Assembly (NCBI GenBank): GCA_964016885.1
Contig: OZ024747.1
Coordinates: forward strand, 84,444,001-84,508,000
DNA length: 64,000 nt
Direction of reading: 5' to 3'
Origin: Eledone cirrhosa
Taxonomy: Eukaryota
Below, in pieces: positions 30,501 to 43,400 of the stretch (position 1 is the first letter of the stretch; each line of letters starts with the position of its first letter). Below the pieces are notes generated by a model that was given only the letters and a program-made list of their open reading frames with translations, did not search any database and was not told where the DNA came from. A program made the translations under genes and the position numbers.

Positions 30501-32633
30501 AATCAACTATTTAATAAGCATTTAAAAACACTCCTAATTTTTATCTCACCATAATTACTCAGCTTATTTAAGCATTTTAGATTTTGTTCTGAAATTGTAC
30601 ATAATATGTATTGCACTATAATTTATGTGTGGGCATGGTTGTGAGTTAATAACCTTACTTTGCCAACAACGGGTTCTATCCCATTTCATGGCACTACAAC
30701 TGTCTTCTATTATATAATAATAATGAAATATTGTGTACAGTGCTCAGGTGCACTACAACTCATCAAAAAGTGTATGTATAGTACATAGGGTAATGTACAA
30801 ACGTCAGGAAAATGAACAATGCATGAGTCATGATATACACATGTGTGCATGTGTATGGAAGGGGTACATCAGGTGTAGTTTTGGCGTATTTCGGGAAGCA
30901 TGGAGGCCTTAAAGGATGCAGTGTCTCGGCAGCTAACAACTGATGCAGGTAGTTTGTTCCATGCTTCAGCAACTCTGAGTGTGAAAAGATGTTTACAAAA
31001 GTCATGGGAGCTGTGCTGTTTTCTGATTGTGTAGGCATGTCCACGTGTATTAGACACATGGAGATCAAAAAGGTGCTCAGGGTTGTTGTTGGCGAGATGG
31101 TTAATAACTTTGTGAGTGTTTACCAAGTCCATTGCCAGACGTCGGAGGTTCAATGAATCCATGCCCAGGGAAGCAAGGCGTTCAGAGTATGGTAGGTGTC
31201 TGATGGAGGGTATGCGCTTTGTTGCACGTCTCTGAACAGTTTCCAGGAGGCCAATGTTCTGAGCAAGATATGTAGATATATGTCATCATCATCATCATCA
31301 TCGTTTAACGTCCATCTTCCACGCTTGCATGGGTTTGGACAGGAGTTTTCCCACTTGAGGTAAGAGTGGTTGTCTTGCTCGCATAGGACTGTCTGGCGGG
31401 TTTTCTACGGCTGGATGCCCTTCCTAACACCAACCACGTTTACAGTGTGGACTGGGAGGTTTTTACCGTGTTACCTACACAGCCACATTACAGCGTGGAC
31501 TGTGTGTTTTTTTGTCGTGACACCTACACGACCTCATTTGTTTCGGACTGGATGTTGTGGTGCCAACATAACTTTACATTGAAAGGGGTGGTGTGGATGG
31601 GGTGGGGGTAGTGGGACGGGGGTGTATTTTGTTAGAGGTGCCTACTGACTGTAGTAGGTTTCACTTTGTACTTAGGTAAGGCGGGTCTTCTGTATGACTG
31701 TGTAGCGCCAAAGATCTCGGTCCAGTGACGTTGTCTTGGAGAGGTGTAAGTGTGTGAGGTCGGAATTTATCAAGTCGTCCCAGGTTTTTCTGGGTCTGCC
31801 TACTCCGTGGCTACTGTCTATTTTTATTGCCCTGCACTTTTTTATACAGCTGTCGTCTTTCATGCGCATCACATGACCGTACCAACGTAGTCTTCTCTCG
31901 AGTAAACAACATCTGATCCCTCTTATTTTTAATTTTTCCCTTAGTTCGTTTATGCTTTGCTGTTCACGTATATTACTATTACACATCCAGCGGAGCATGC
32001 AAGCTTCATTCCTCTCCAGTCTGCGTATATCTTCTGCACACAATGCCCAGGTCTCACTGCCATGTAACATTGCTGTTCGTATGCAGGCATCATACAGCCT
32101 GCCTTTCATTTTTAGAGAGAACCCTTTAGTGGCTAATAGTGGTATAAGCTCTCTGAACTTTTTCCATCCAGTTCTGACTCTAGCTACTGTACTTTCAGAG
32201 CACCCTCCACCACTGCTGATTTTGTCACCCAAGTAACGGAAGGTGACCACTATTTCTATAGAACTATTTGTGCAATGGAATGAACTAATATTCTGTGGGC
32301 ACTTGCTGCTACTTATTGCACCAGAGCACCAGCCACATATAACATCTATGTTCTTAGTTAGCTTACTTGTGATCCCACTATCCCACTACATCTTTTATGC
32401 ACCCATACTTTGCATTTGGGACATAAAATGGAGTTTCTACCTACTCCTTTCCTACACACTGAGCATGGCCATTTCCTGGATGGGACCGGTGCCCTATTTT
32501 CCTTCCTACAAACTAGAACTTTAGTCTTAGACAGGTTAATTTTAAGGCCTTTTGATTCTAGGCCATGCTTCCATGTTTGGAATTTCTTCTCTAGTTCGGC
32601 CATTGATTCAGCTATGAGCGTTAGATCATCTGC

Positions 32634-32665
<32 letters not shown>

Positions 32666-32715
32666 CCAATGCGTGGAAGATGGACGTTAAACGATGATGA
32701 TGATGAGGATACATA

Positions 32716-32800
<85 letters not shown>

Positions 32801-35800
32801 CTCGCCAGAGCAAGGTGCAACACACATGAAATATTAAACAATATTAGAAAAATATTTTTGTAAATAAGACAATAATTTATATACATACATAAATATACAT
32901 ATACTCCCACACATGTAACTATCGGCTGCCAAGTCAACATGGATACTTTTACCAGAATTTCACGAAGGTTAGGGGTTAATCTTACCTTTACTTTGTTATT
33001 TTTCCTTATCGTTTTTTTTTATTATAAAGTTGTGAATGTAATTGTGGCAAATACATTGTTGTGTTTTATTAATTTACTTATTTTGTTCTGGATATTTTTA
33101 CTTGGTCGTGCACCCAAATAGGGACTTGGTGTCGTTCTGTTTGTTTACAAATTATTTCCCCTTGAATTTATATATTCATATGTGTGTGTGTGGACAACCA
33201 CTGACATTTGTTTAAGTCCCATATGATCAATGTCCTGACCTCTCAGCGCAACAGTTCAAATTGTTTATATCAGTGGAATAAGTAAATAAGTAACTTACTT
33301 AGAACAGTTGGCATCCGAAAGGGCATCTGACCATAGAATACTGCCTCAAAAAAGATTCATCCAACCCAGCATAGGAAAAACTATACTCTAAAGCAACAAG
33401 TCTATAGTTATTTCTTAAGCCATACTGTTTCATACAAAACTATTTGTTTTAATTTGTCTATATTTATCTAAAAACTTTCCATCATAATTTTATCTAAGAA
33501 CATTTGTTATTTTGCAAACACAAACTTAATAGTTAGTTATATTATTAAATCCCTCCCAATTCAGTGCTTTTTATTAGAAATATAGTAAGAAAAGACTTAA
33601 AATAACTTGTCTATCTAATGTATTTTTCTTTTTTTTGCTCTCTTACAGATGATACCTCGATCAACATACCTAAAAGATATCGCAAAGTTGAAATAAAATA
33701 TTCCAAGCTTGGCATTGAGGATTTTGAATTTCGCTATTATAACAAAACCAATTTTGCTGGTTTAGAAACCCAAATTCCTAACGCTTATTGCAATGGAATG
33801 CTACAGGTCAGTTATTGAGTTCTCTATTAGCCTTTTTGAAACCAAACCACCTGAAACCACCACTGGTACTATGATAAAGAATGGTTTCCTTTAAAGTATT
33901 TATATTCATAAAAAATAATCTTCCATCAATTGTTTTGTCTGATGAACGAACTGGATGTTTTCATGCAAGAATTATATAGTTTCTTGAAATCTTCAGTAAT
34001 GAAATAATTATATTGTGTTGTTTATTATGTAATTAAATAGTTCTGTACAATACATAGAGCACTCTTCTTTCCTTTACCTTTTCTACGGAAATACTTAGCA
34101 CGTATAGATATAATATAATATATCAATGGCCAGCAAACACAGGCTGGGTATAGAAAGTGAAGCAACAAGGGATGTGCCCCAGCATGGTCTCGGTCAGATG
34201 GCTAGAACAGGTAAAAGAGTAATATAATATATAGCCAATTTCTTCCAGAGGAGAGAATGAGAGAAATAAGAAATGGGAAAGAAATATAGAGGAAGAATTC
34301 ACCTCAGTATTGAACTGATACTTTTTTTTATTGACCTTTGTCCAAGTCTTATTCAAAGGAGTTGCCCACATAGACGGGCTAGAGGATCACAGCTCACCCA
34401 TATGTTCTAATTTTTAGTTTGGTTTCTACAATCGGATACCTTAATCAATTAACAGAGTTTATTGGGTGCATTTTATCATAGCAAGAACACTAGGGAGGTT
34501 GCCTCGTCCTCAACAAGACTAATGAGCCCTCTTACATCTTATTCAACCACTTTACTGAGTGTACTAGATGTATTTTATCATGGTACCTAGATAACTTTGA
34601 TTATCATTAATTTGGTTTATAAATTTAATATTATTAGTTTTTTGTTCTATTTTATTCTCATTTTTCTTTTGTTTCTGTAGGTTTTGTATTTCATTGAGCC
34701 TCTGCGATGTGCATTGAAGTCACATCTCTGTGAGAGAGAATTCTGTTTGGCATGTGAACTTGGCTTTCTTTTCCATATGTTAGATGAACAAAAAGGACAA
34801 ACCTGCCAGGTATTTTTTACTTTTCTATCTATCTTATATTTATGTACAGGCATGGTTGTGTTGTTTAGTTTGCTTTGCAATCACACGGTCATGGGTTCAA
34901 TACTACTGCATGGCACTTTAGGCAAATACCTTCGGCTATAACCCAATGCCGACTAATACCTTGTGAGTAAATTTGGAGGATGGAAACAGTGTGAAACCCA
35001 CCATATATGTGTATACATATTATTTAAAGTTTAAGCAGAGTTTTTACCCTTTCTTAGGATCTTCTGCATATCTCTGGAATGGGTAAAATCAGAGATTTTC
35101 TACTTAAACTTTTAATCTGTTTAAATAGTTATTATTTACTCTACAGTATTTTATTTGCATATATATAACTTTTATTCACAGGAAAGTAGCATAAGTCTTT
35201 ATCTGGAATAATCTGATCAACACACAATGATACACAAATATGAAAAATGAATTGTTTCAGAATGGCAATTAAATTGTGTGGTTCTTATAATTAGACACCA
35301 ACCAACAATACCCAGGAATAAACATTATATATATGTTTATATGTTTGCTTGTTTCCTATAAAGATCCCTTCCATAAACTAGTGGGGATTCACACCAAGAA
35401 AGGCATCCAGCTGTAGAATATATCTTTAAAAAGCATGAAAAAACAACAAAGGTGATTTCAGATATTTTCTATATTTTACTTGCAGGCCAACAATTTTCTT
35501 CGAGCTTTCCGTACAATTCCAGAAGCTTCGGCCCTTGAGCTTATCATTGGCGATCATGACCAACTGCAAGGAAAGGCAAACTTCACCCGCCTCATCCAGA
35601 ACTGGCAGCGCTTTGTACACCAACAAGTTCATTCTGTATGTGTATCAAACAGTTCTTTCACTTGTGGTTTTCTCTTCCAATTTTATCATAACACATGCAC
35701 ACACCCATCTTATAGATATAAGGGCATATAAACATGCATACATATATGCATGTATATTTATATATACATCTGTACATCTATATATATACGCTCACACTGT

Positions 35801-37015
35801 AAAGCGGATGTGTAGGCACCATGGAAAAAAAGCACCCAGCACTCACTGTAAATGAGGTTGGTGTTAGGAAGGGCATCCAGCTGTAGAAATCAAGCCAGAA
35901 TCAGTTCCAGTATGAGCAAGATATGGTCAGCCGACTAGACACTGCCCACAACAAGACAACCCATCTAACCCATGCTAGCGGGGAAGAACGGACGTAAAAC
36001 GGTGATGATGATGATACTCTCATAGTCACATGTTCATAAGTTTACATATTGGGCCCATCATCATGAGACACTGGATGGTACTGCCTAACCCCTACTTTTC
36101 AGTGGTGCACCTTCAAATTTAAAAAGTAGAGTTCCTGAAATACATTCCTTAAAGTCTTGACCTTACTATGTTTAAAAAAAACAATGCAAAGAAGCTGATC
36201 ACAAAATTCCCTAGGGGATTAGAGTATCCACCCATCCAATGTACTCTAAAGCCTAGCGATGTATATACATAGTAACATGCAAATTTCTCTCTCGCTTTTC
36301 TCTTTCTTCTTTCTGTGTTTTCTACTCCCCACTCTCTCTCCCTCTCCACCATGCTGTCCTTCAACTCACCTTTTGATATCAAACCACCTGAAACTACCTC
36401 TAATTCTATAATAGAAAACTGCTTAATTTATTTTTTTTATATTTATCTAAAAGTCTTCCATCATAAGTCCCTCCTAATTCTTGATTATTTTCAGAATGAT
36501 TTCAAAATCACCTGTAGTGTTGTCTTACGTAAAAGATATGGTAACAAAAGAGCTAATCATGTGTAAATGTCTTGATTTTGCAGGAAAACTGTGTTAGAGA
36601 GCCACTCTACCACACAACTATACCTGATGGTGTCATTCCTGTTGATGGTTGCCAGCAGGAAATGCAAGAATACTTCTCCATGCCTGTCTACAATGAACCC
36701 TGCCCCATACAGGAGAACATTCCAGAAGCTGCACACATCTTTGATCAAAGCAGTGACACTGTGCCGAAAAGGTAACAACAATAAATACTGCAATAAATAA
36801 TAATGGTGGATCATGGATGGACTTGCTGATAGTGTAAGGGTTTTAATTTAGATATGAGGCCAGCAATTTGAGGTAGAGGGGTTGATTGTATTGAGTCAAG
36901 TGCACATATCTGTGGAATACTCAGTCACTTATGCTGCTAATTCAATGAACAGACAGTTCAGTTGGTCAATTATTGTTGAAACTAACAGAGATCCATTTAC
37001 TTCATGCGTAAGTAA

Positions 37016-37054
<39 letters not shown>

Positions 37055-37361
37055 ATGTTGAAGGATTCTTCAGTTGTGTCAAAAACATGACACCTTGCTC
37101 ATACGTTGTTTTTAGCTTGGTTTTTTTTTTTATGGCTGGAAGCCCTTCCTAATGCTAACCACTTTACAGCATGTACTGGAAGATTTTTGGTGGCACCAGC
37201 ACTACCTACTTCACAAGGGTAGAAAACAACAACAACTTCATTATTAGATTGCTATTTGTAGACACAGAATAGCTTAGTGGATAATCAGTTGAATTACACT
37301 ATAGGTGTTTTAGTGTATTTATTTGGAGAGGAGGATTAGGTAGAAAAACCTCTGAGAAATA

Positions 37362-37408
<47 letters not shown>

Positions 37409-40400
37409 TTATGTATTGTTATCTATAATTCAGTCCACCAAAAGCCAGTGAGCCAGAAGTTTCAATAGTAAGTCAACTGTTTGGAATTGAGATTGAAACC
37501 CTTCTACGATGTCGTTGTGGCCATGAGACCCACCGAGTCTCTCACCCTACCCTCACCAACTTATCATATCCTACCTCAAACTCAGGTCAGTTATATGTTT
37601 GCCTTTGCTATATTTCTCTTTTCCCTCTTCTGCCTTCTCTGACATCTAATAATAACAACAAAAATATGATTATGCTTCACTGATATCTATACATATCTGG
37701 TTTAGAATAGGTAGACTGTATCCCTGTATGTCATTAGAGGTGACTGAAAGGGTTGGTGCCAGAAAAGACATCTGGCTTAAAGGGACTCCATGATGAGTAT
37801 AAAATCTGTCATGAAGCCTGCAATGTTAACCACTGCTTTAACAGGTATTTGCTTCACTGAGAAGTTTTATTAAAACATGTCTGTTGCTTTCACCAGTTAG
37901 CTTTAATGAGAAGATCCATTTACATTGTCTTTATTTTTGAAAAATTTCATTTAGTTGACTTTATTGAAGTTATTTCCCTTGCTTGTTTTTATATTTTAAC
38001 CACACTGAGAATTTTTTGTCTATTAACTGCATGAATAATCTAAGTTAATTAAAGTTTTTCAACTCCCTAAATTAAATATGTGAGACCCTACTGTATGTGT
38101 TGTGTGTTTGTGAGTGTATAAAGGTTTTTCTCTCCTAACATTTACCACTCCTTCCACTATCACAAACAACTGATGTTTAACTCTTAAACATGATGTTTCC
38201 TTGTTTTTATATATTTCCAGATGATTCTCCTCAGAGCATTTCATTCCCTAGTGTCCTGTTCCACAGTTTAACATCAGAGCAAGTGATGCAAGCTTGGTGC
38301 AGTGTTTGCAGTCGTTATCAAACTCATGTGAGTAGACTATATGCCCACTTTTATCCTCTCACTCCATCTCCCTATCTCTCTTTCCCTCTACCTCCTCCTT
38401 CTCTTTACTCCTCACTCCCTCCACCCACCCTTCCTTCTCTCTATTACACGTCTCCCTCTATCAACCTTTGTGACACAGTGCATTTCTACTGTGGAAAATA
38501 TTTAAAAGGAAGAAGAGGAAATATGGGAAGCTGAAAAAGACTATTCAGGTGAAGAAGTCATTTTAACATTACTCACCGTTAGTGTAATATGTAATAATGA
38601 CATAAAGAGGTTTCACTTTGTTTTATTTGCAGGTTCAAAAGAAGCTCATAAAATCCCTTCCTGATATTCTAGCCTTAAACTGTGGCTTAGATAACCCTCG
38701 TGATGTGGAATTTTGGAAAACACAATTACAGGTGAATTTGCAGCTTTAATATCTTTTGCTGTTCGACTTTTTTTATTCATTTTTAATTTTATTTTGGTGG
38801 TGAATTGGTTGAGCCATTAGAACATCAGATAGAATGCTTTTCGGTATTCATTTTGGTTCTCAAGCGTGCCCTAAGTTCATAAAAAACTGCCATGGTTAAC
38901 TTCACCTTTCATCCTTTCGAGGTCGATAAAAAAGTAGCAGTCAAGTACTGGAATCAATTCTTTTTCTATATCTCTTTCTCACTTCCTCTCTATCACTCTC
39001 TCTCTTCTTCTTCTCTGGAAGTAATCTATTGTGTTCAGAACTAGAGAGGTGATGGGCCCCCACAAGGTTTAAGTGTATATTATAATGGCACCTCTATGAT
39101 TCCATCAGGAATCTATACATAACAACACCTTATCTCAGTATCCAGGCTGAAAGATTAATAACTAACATTTTCATTATTAACCTGGTTTGGGAGCATAACA
39201 TTACAAACTTTCTTACATAAAATTATAATAGAAAGCTTTTAGATCAATATAAACACCATAAAACTGATTGGATCAAACACAAAGCAAGCCATACTGAACA
39301 TAATTATACACCATGTGTGTTTGTATATTTATATATATCCCCATCTGTAACTCCTCTTTAAAAGTTACACATATATACATGCAATGCATTTCCTATTTCA
39401 GTTGTTTTACTATGATGTTTGCTTTTTAATTCCAAGGTCCTGGGTTCTAACCCTACATTTGTTCCTGTAAATAGTTATTTCACCAAAGTTACTCATACAT
39501 TTTCTGACAAAATCAATTACAAACAGATACATACACAGAACAGAAGGTGTTGAATATCTAAACCCTACTTACCATTCTTTTAACCCTTCCATTAGTGTGT
39601 TTCATTAGATACACACTCTACATGAATTAATTAACAAAGAATTTGGAGGAATTTACTAAAATTATTTCACTAAGATGATATTTGTAACATAACTAAACAA
39701 TATGTTAAGTTATATAAAATTATGTTGGAAGATTTTGATTTAAATAGGAAGCCTATATATGACCAGCTGCTTACAGTTGCATCTACCAAATTCATTCACC
39801 CAGCCTTAACCACCCCGGTTGTGAATTGCACTTCTTAGCCTCACAGCTATTTCTATAAAAAAAAGAAAAACTAATTTCATTCTTACTATCTTCTTTTGGT
39901 TTCTCAAAGCTTATAAAAAAAGATGTCACAGAACAGAAAGAAGAGATAACAAGTCCAAAGAAAAAACTGTGCCGTTATGGTAAACTCTGCAAACGGAAAG
40001 ATTGTTTCTTTCGACATGAACCAAATCCACAGTAAGTAAAGAGTGCGCTCAAGTCGTGTCAAAGACATGACAACCTCTCTAGTGTTGATGATTTACACAA
40101 TAAACACATCCAGTATACACTGTAAAGTGGTTGGTGATAGGACGGCCATCCTGCCAGAGAAATCTTGCCAAACAAACGTTTGGGAGGATCCTCAGTTGTG
40201 TCAAAGGCATGGCAACCTCTCCTGAGCACTCGGTGGAATGTGAGACCATACATAAGTGACACACAGATCCCTGGGAGATCAGTGGATCTGCTTCAGTATA
40301 GACTTGGTCTATATAGACCTGTCCAACCCTAGCTAGCAGGGAAAGCAGATGTTAAAACAACAACAACAATGATATTTTGTAGTATGTCTGGCATGTTATA

Positions 40401-43400
40401 TGTCTAGTGGCAATCCAACACTGGGGTCTCTCTCGCTCTCTGTTAAACCAGGCAATGGATTTTTGTAGAGTGTCCAAGATGTAGTGCACCAAGGGTGCAG
40501 CAATGCATCCTGAGGCCAATAGTGTAACTGAATTGTAGTAGTGCACCGGTGATGCAGGAGTCCATCTGGGGCATAGTTGTGCAAGAGTCTATCTGGAGTG
40601 TAGTAGTGTATTGTATGGTGTGATGAGGATACTGTGATATGTTTTGCACTTGTGATTCTTCATGCTTTAATGATTTCTGCTTTTTTCCTTTACTGTTTAT
40701 TTAGAGGGAGGAGGATTAGACAAAGTTTATTTCTATAGCAAAAATTAAATTGAAATTGAAACACATAAAAATGTAAAGAAACAAAACAAGTATAGTGATG
40801 TTGTGATGATGATGATGGTGGTGAGTTTGTTTTAGAAATACTTCTAAGGGAAAACTTTATTATTAATCTTCATCCTTTTCAGGAGTTATGACCAGTCAAG
40901 TGATGGTGGTGAATCAGTTAATGATGAAAATACTCCATCTAGCTATGTTCCAATTGGCCTACGTCTTTCTCTAGCAAACAACACATTTACAGTGACTAGT
41001 TTAACAGAAGAGGTAAGTAGATGTTACAGAAAAAAAAGGTTGAAATCTGTCCCAAGCCACAAGACCTTGAGAGAGACTTTATAAGTATTATAAGGGGCAG
41101 TGAATTGGCAGTATCAGTAGAGGGTCGGCCACCATGCTTTGCAGCATAGAGCTATATCCCTTTCTATTCTGAATTCAAATCCCACCGAAGTTAACTTTGC
41201 CTTTCATCCTTACGGAGTTGATAAAATAAAGTACCAGTAATGTGCTGGGTAATTGCTGGCCTTGTTCCAAAAGTAGAAACAATTATTAGAATGGGCATAA
41301 GGTGGTGAATTGGCAGAATCATTAGAGTATTGGACAAAATGCTTTGCAACTTTTTGTTATAACTCTTTAATATTTGAGTTCAAATCCTGCCAGAATTAAT
41401 GTTGTCTTCCATTCATTCGAGGTTGAGAAAATAAAATACCACTCAATTAGAGGTTGATAAAATCGACTTACTCCTCCCAAAAAATGTCTGGCCTTGTGCC
41501 CTTGTTGGAAACAATTATTAGAATGGACAGTGGAGTGGCAAAGTCATTAGAGCGCCAGATAAAATATTTTGCAGTATTTGTTCTGGCACTCTGCACTCCA
41601 AGTTCAAACCCCACTGAGGTCAAATTGGCCTTTTATCCTTTCAAGTTCAATAAATAAAGTATCAGTCTAATATTTGGGTCAATTTCCTTTCTCCCTCTCT
41701 TGAATGACACTGCCTATGATTTTCATATAATTTTGAAGATAATCAAGAATTTGTAGGGATTTAGTTAACTAACTTTCTCATTATTAAACTTGTGTTGGAA
41801 CATAACTTAATAACAATTCTCACATAAAATTATGATGGATAGTTTTTAAATGTATATAAACATTTTAAAAGAAACATTTCTCTATCATAGAACAAGGGGT
41901 GATTTCTGATGGTTTGGTATCAAAGGGGTTAAATCTTGTGCTTTTTCCATCCAATCTATACCAGCATGAGAAACAGATGTTAAACGATAATATGGTATGT
42001 GTCTGATCAGTGGGGTTGAAGGTAAAAGTATGGCTTGCATTTTTATAGATTGTGTTTGTCTATGTTCATGGATAGCATTGGAATGGTGTAGATTTGTTTA
42101 CATTCATGTTGAGGTAATTGAAGGTTTTAGTTACATAGATTTATGGGATACTAGAGAGAAGTTGGGCAAGCAGGAATGTCATTGAAAGAAGGGGAAAAAG
42201 CAGAGTACCTTTGAGAGGCACAGGTCAAGTAGGATGCCTTTGAGAGGAGGAGGATAAGCAGGGTGTTACTGAGAGGAGTTGGACGAGTAGTTTGTCCCTA
42301 AAAGGAGTTGCGGAAGTAGAGTGTCACTGAGAACCAGGTAAGTAAGGTGTCTCTGATATAAAGATCCCTCGGTGGGATCAGCTATTATTGATTTGCTTGA
42401 ATTTGTGGCTAGCATTGGATTGGTGTAGATTAGTAGTTACATATATTTATAGCAATGTCAACCATTCCTCTCTAACAGCCTTGTGATATTTTTACCACTT
42501 TCTTTCATTTTCTTTCTCTTAATGATGGTATAATTATCTCAGGGCAAGTCCCCACCACCAGACGAGTTCACTAAAGACTATGAGATCTATGCCACTGTGG
42601 CACATATTAAAGATACAAAAACCTCAGGTAACTTAGTCAGTTGTATCAAAGTTGGCAAGAAGTACCACCAGCGTAAAGAAAAAGTCACCTGCACCCAGTG
42701 GTATCTGTTCAACGACTTCTCTATCACACCAATTGAATTAGTAAGTTCAGATCTTCTTAAATTTTTGGTTTGATATATCATGTTGTTTCTATTGTTTTGT
42801 TTTTTTTCTACAAACCAGTCCAACCATTTGAGATAATGGAAAGGGAATGGGGTATAAAGACTGACAATGATAGGAAGGAAGAGGAGGAAATAGAAGAGGA
42901 TGAGTATAAAAAAGAATGTAGTTAGAAGAAAATTACAATGTTTTCCAGACTAGAAGGAATTATTTACATGAAAGAATCCATGTCAACTATATCCACTGAC
43001 TATTGTGGCATCAGCATTAGAGGGTTTGTCTGACATTGACGCAACTGAAGAGCCCTCTCTACCCAATGGCAGGGAGGACTGCATAATGCCATGGAGTGAT
43101 AAGTATATATATATAAATTAAGTATAATGAGCTATCCGTTTAGATCTGCTGCTATCCACTCATTCAATGAATTTACAAAAATTGCATGTTGGAAATACGA
43201 ATTTGCAATCCAGAGTGGACACTATACGTTAAATAGTGGATAAACAGCTTAGTGTGAGAACCAAAAATATGCTCCAAACTGTACAGTTTTGTTGCTACGT
43301 CCTGAGTGCAGCAGATGCATCAGCAATCACTACACACAAGTCGTACAATATTTCCAATAATTACAAACATTACATAACTATGACTGGCACAGCAATTCAT

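Noticed and set aside
33760-33806. Active deubiquitinase in PAN2
   Set aside because: The Cys box reads PNAYCN (Ala at the catalytic position) and the His box reads GNLV; this is the known inactive state of PAN2.
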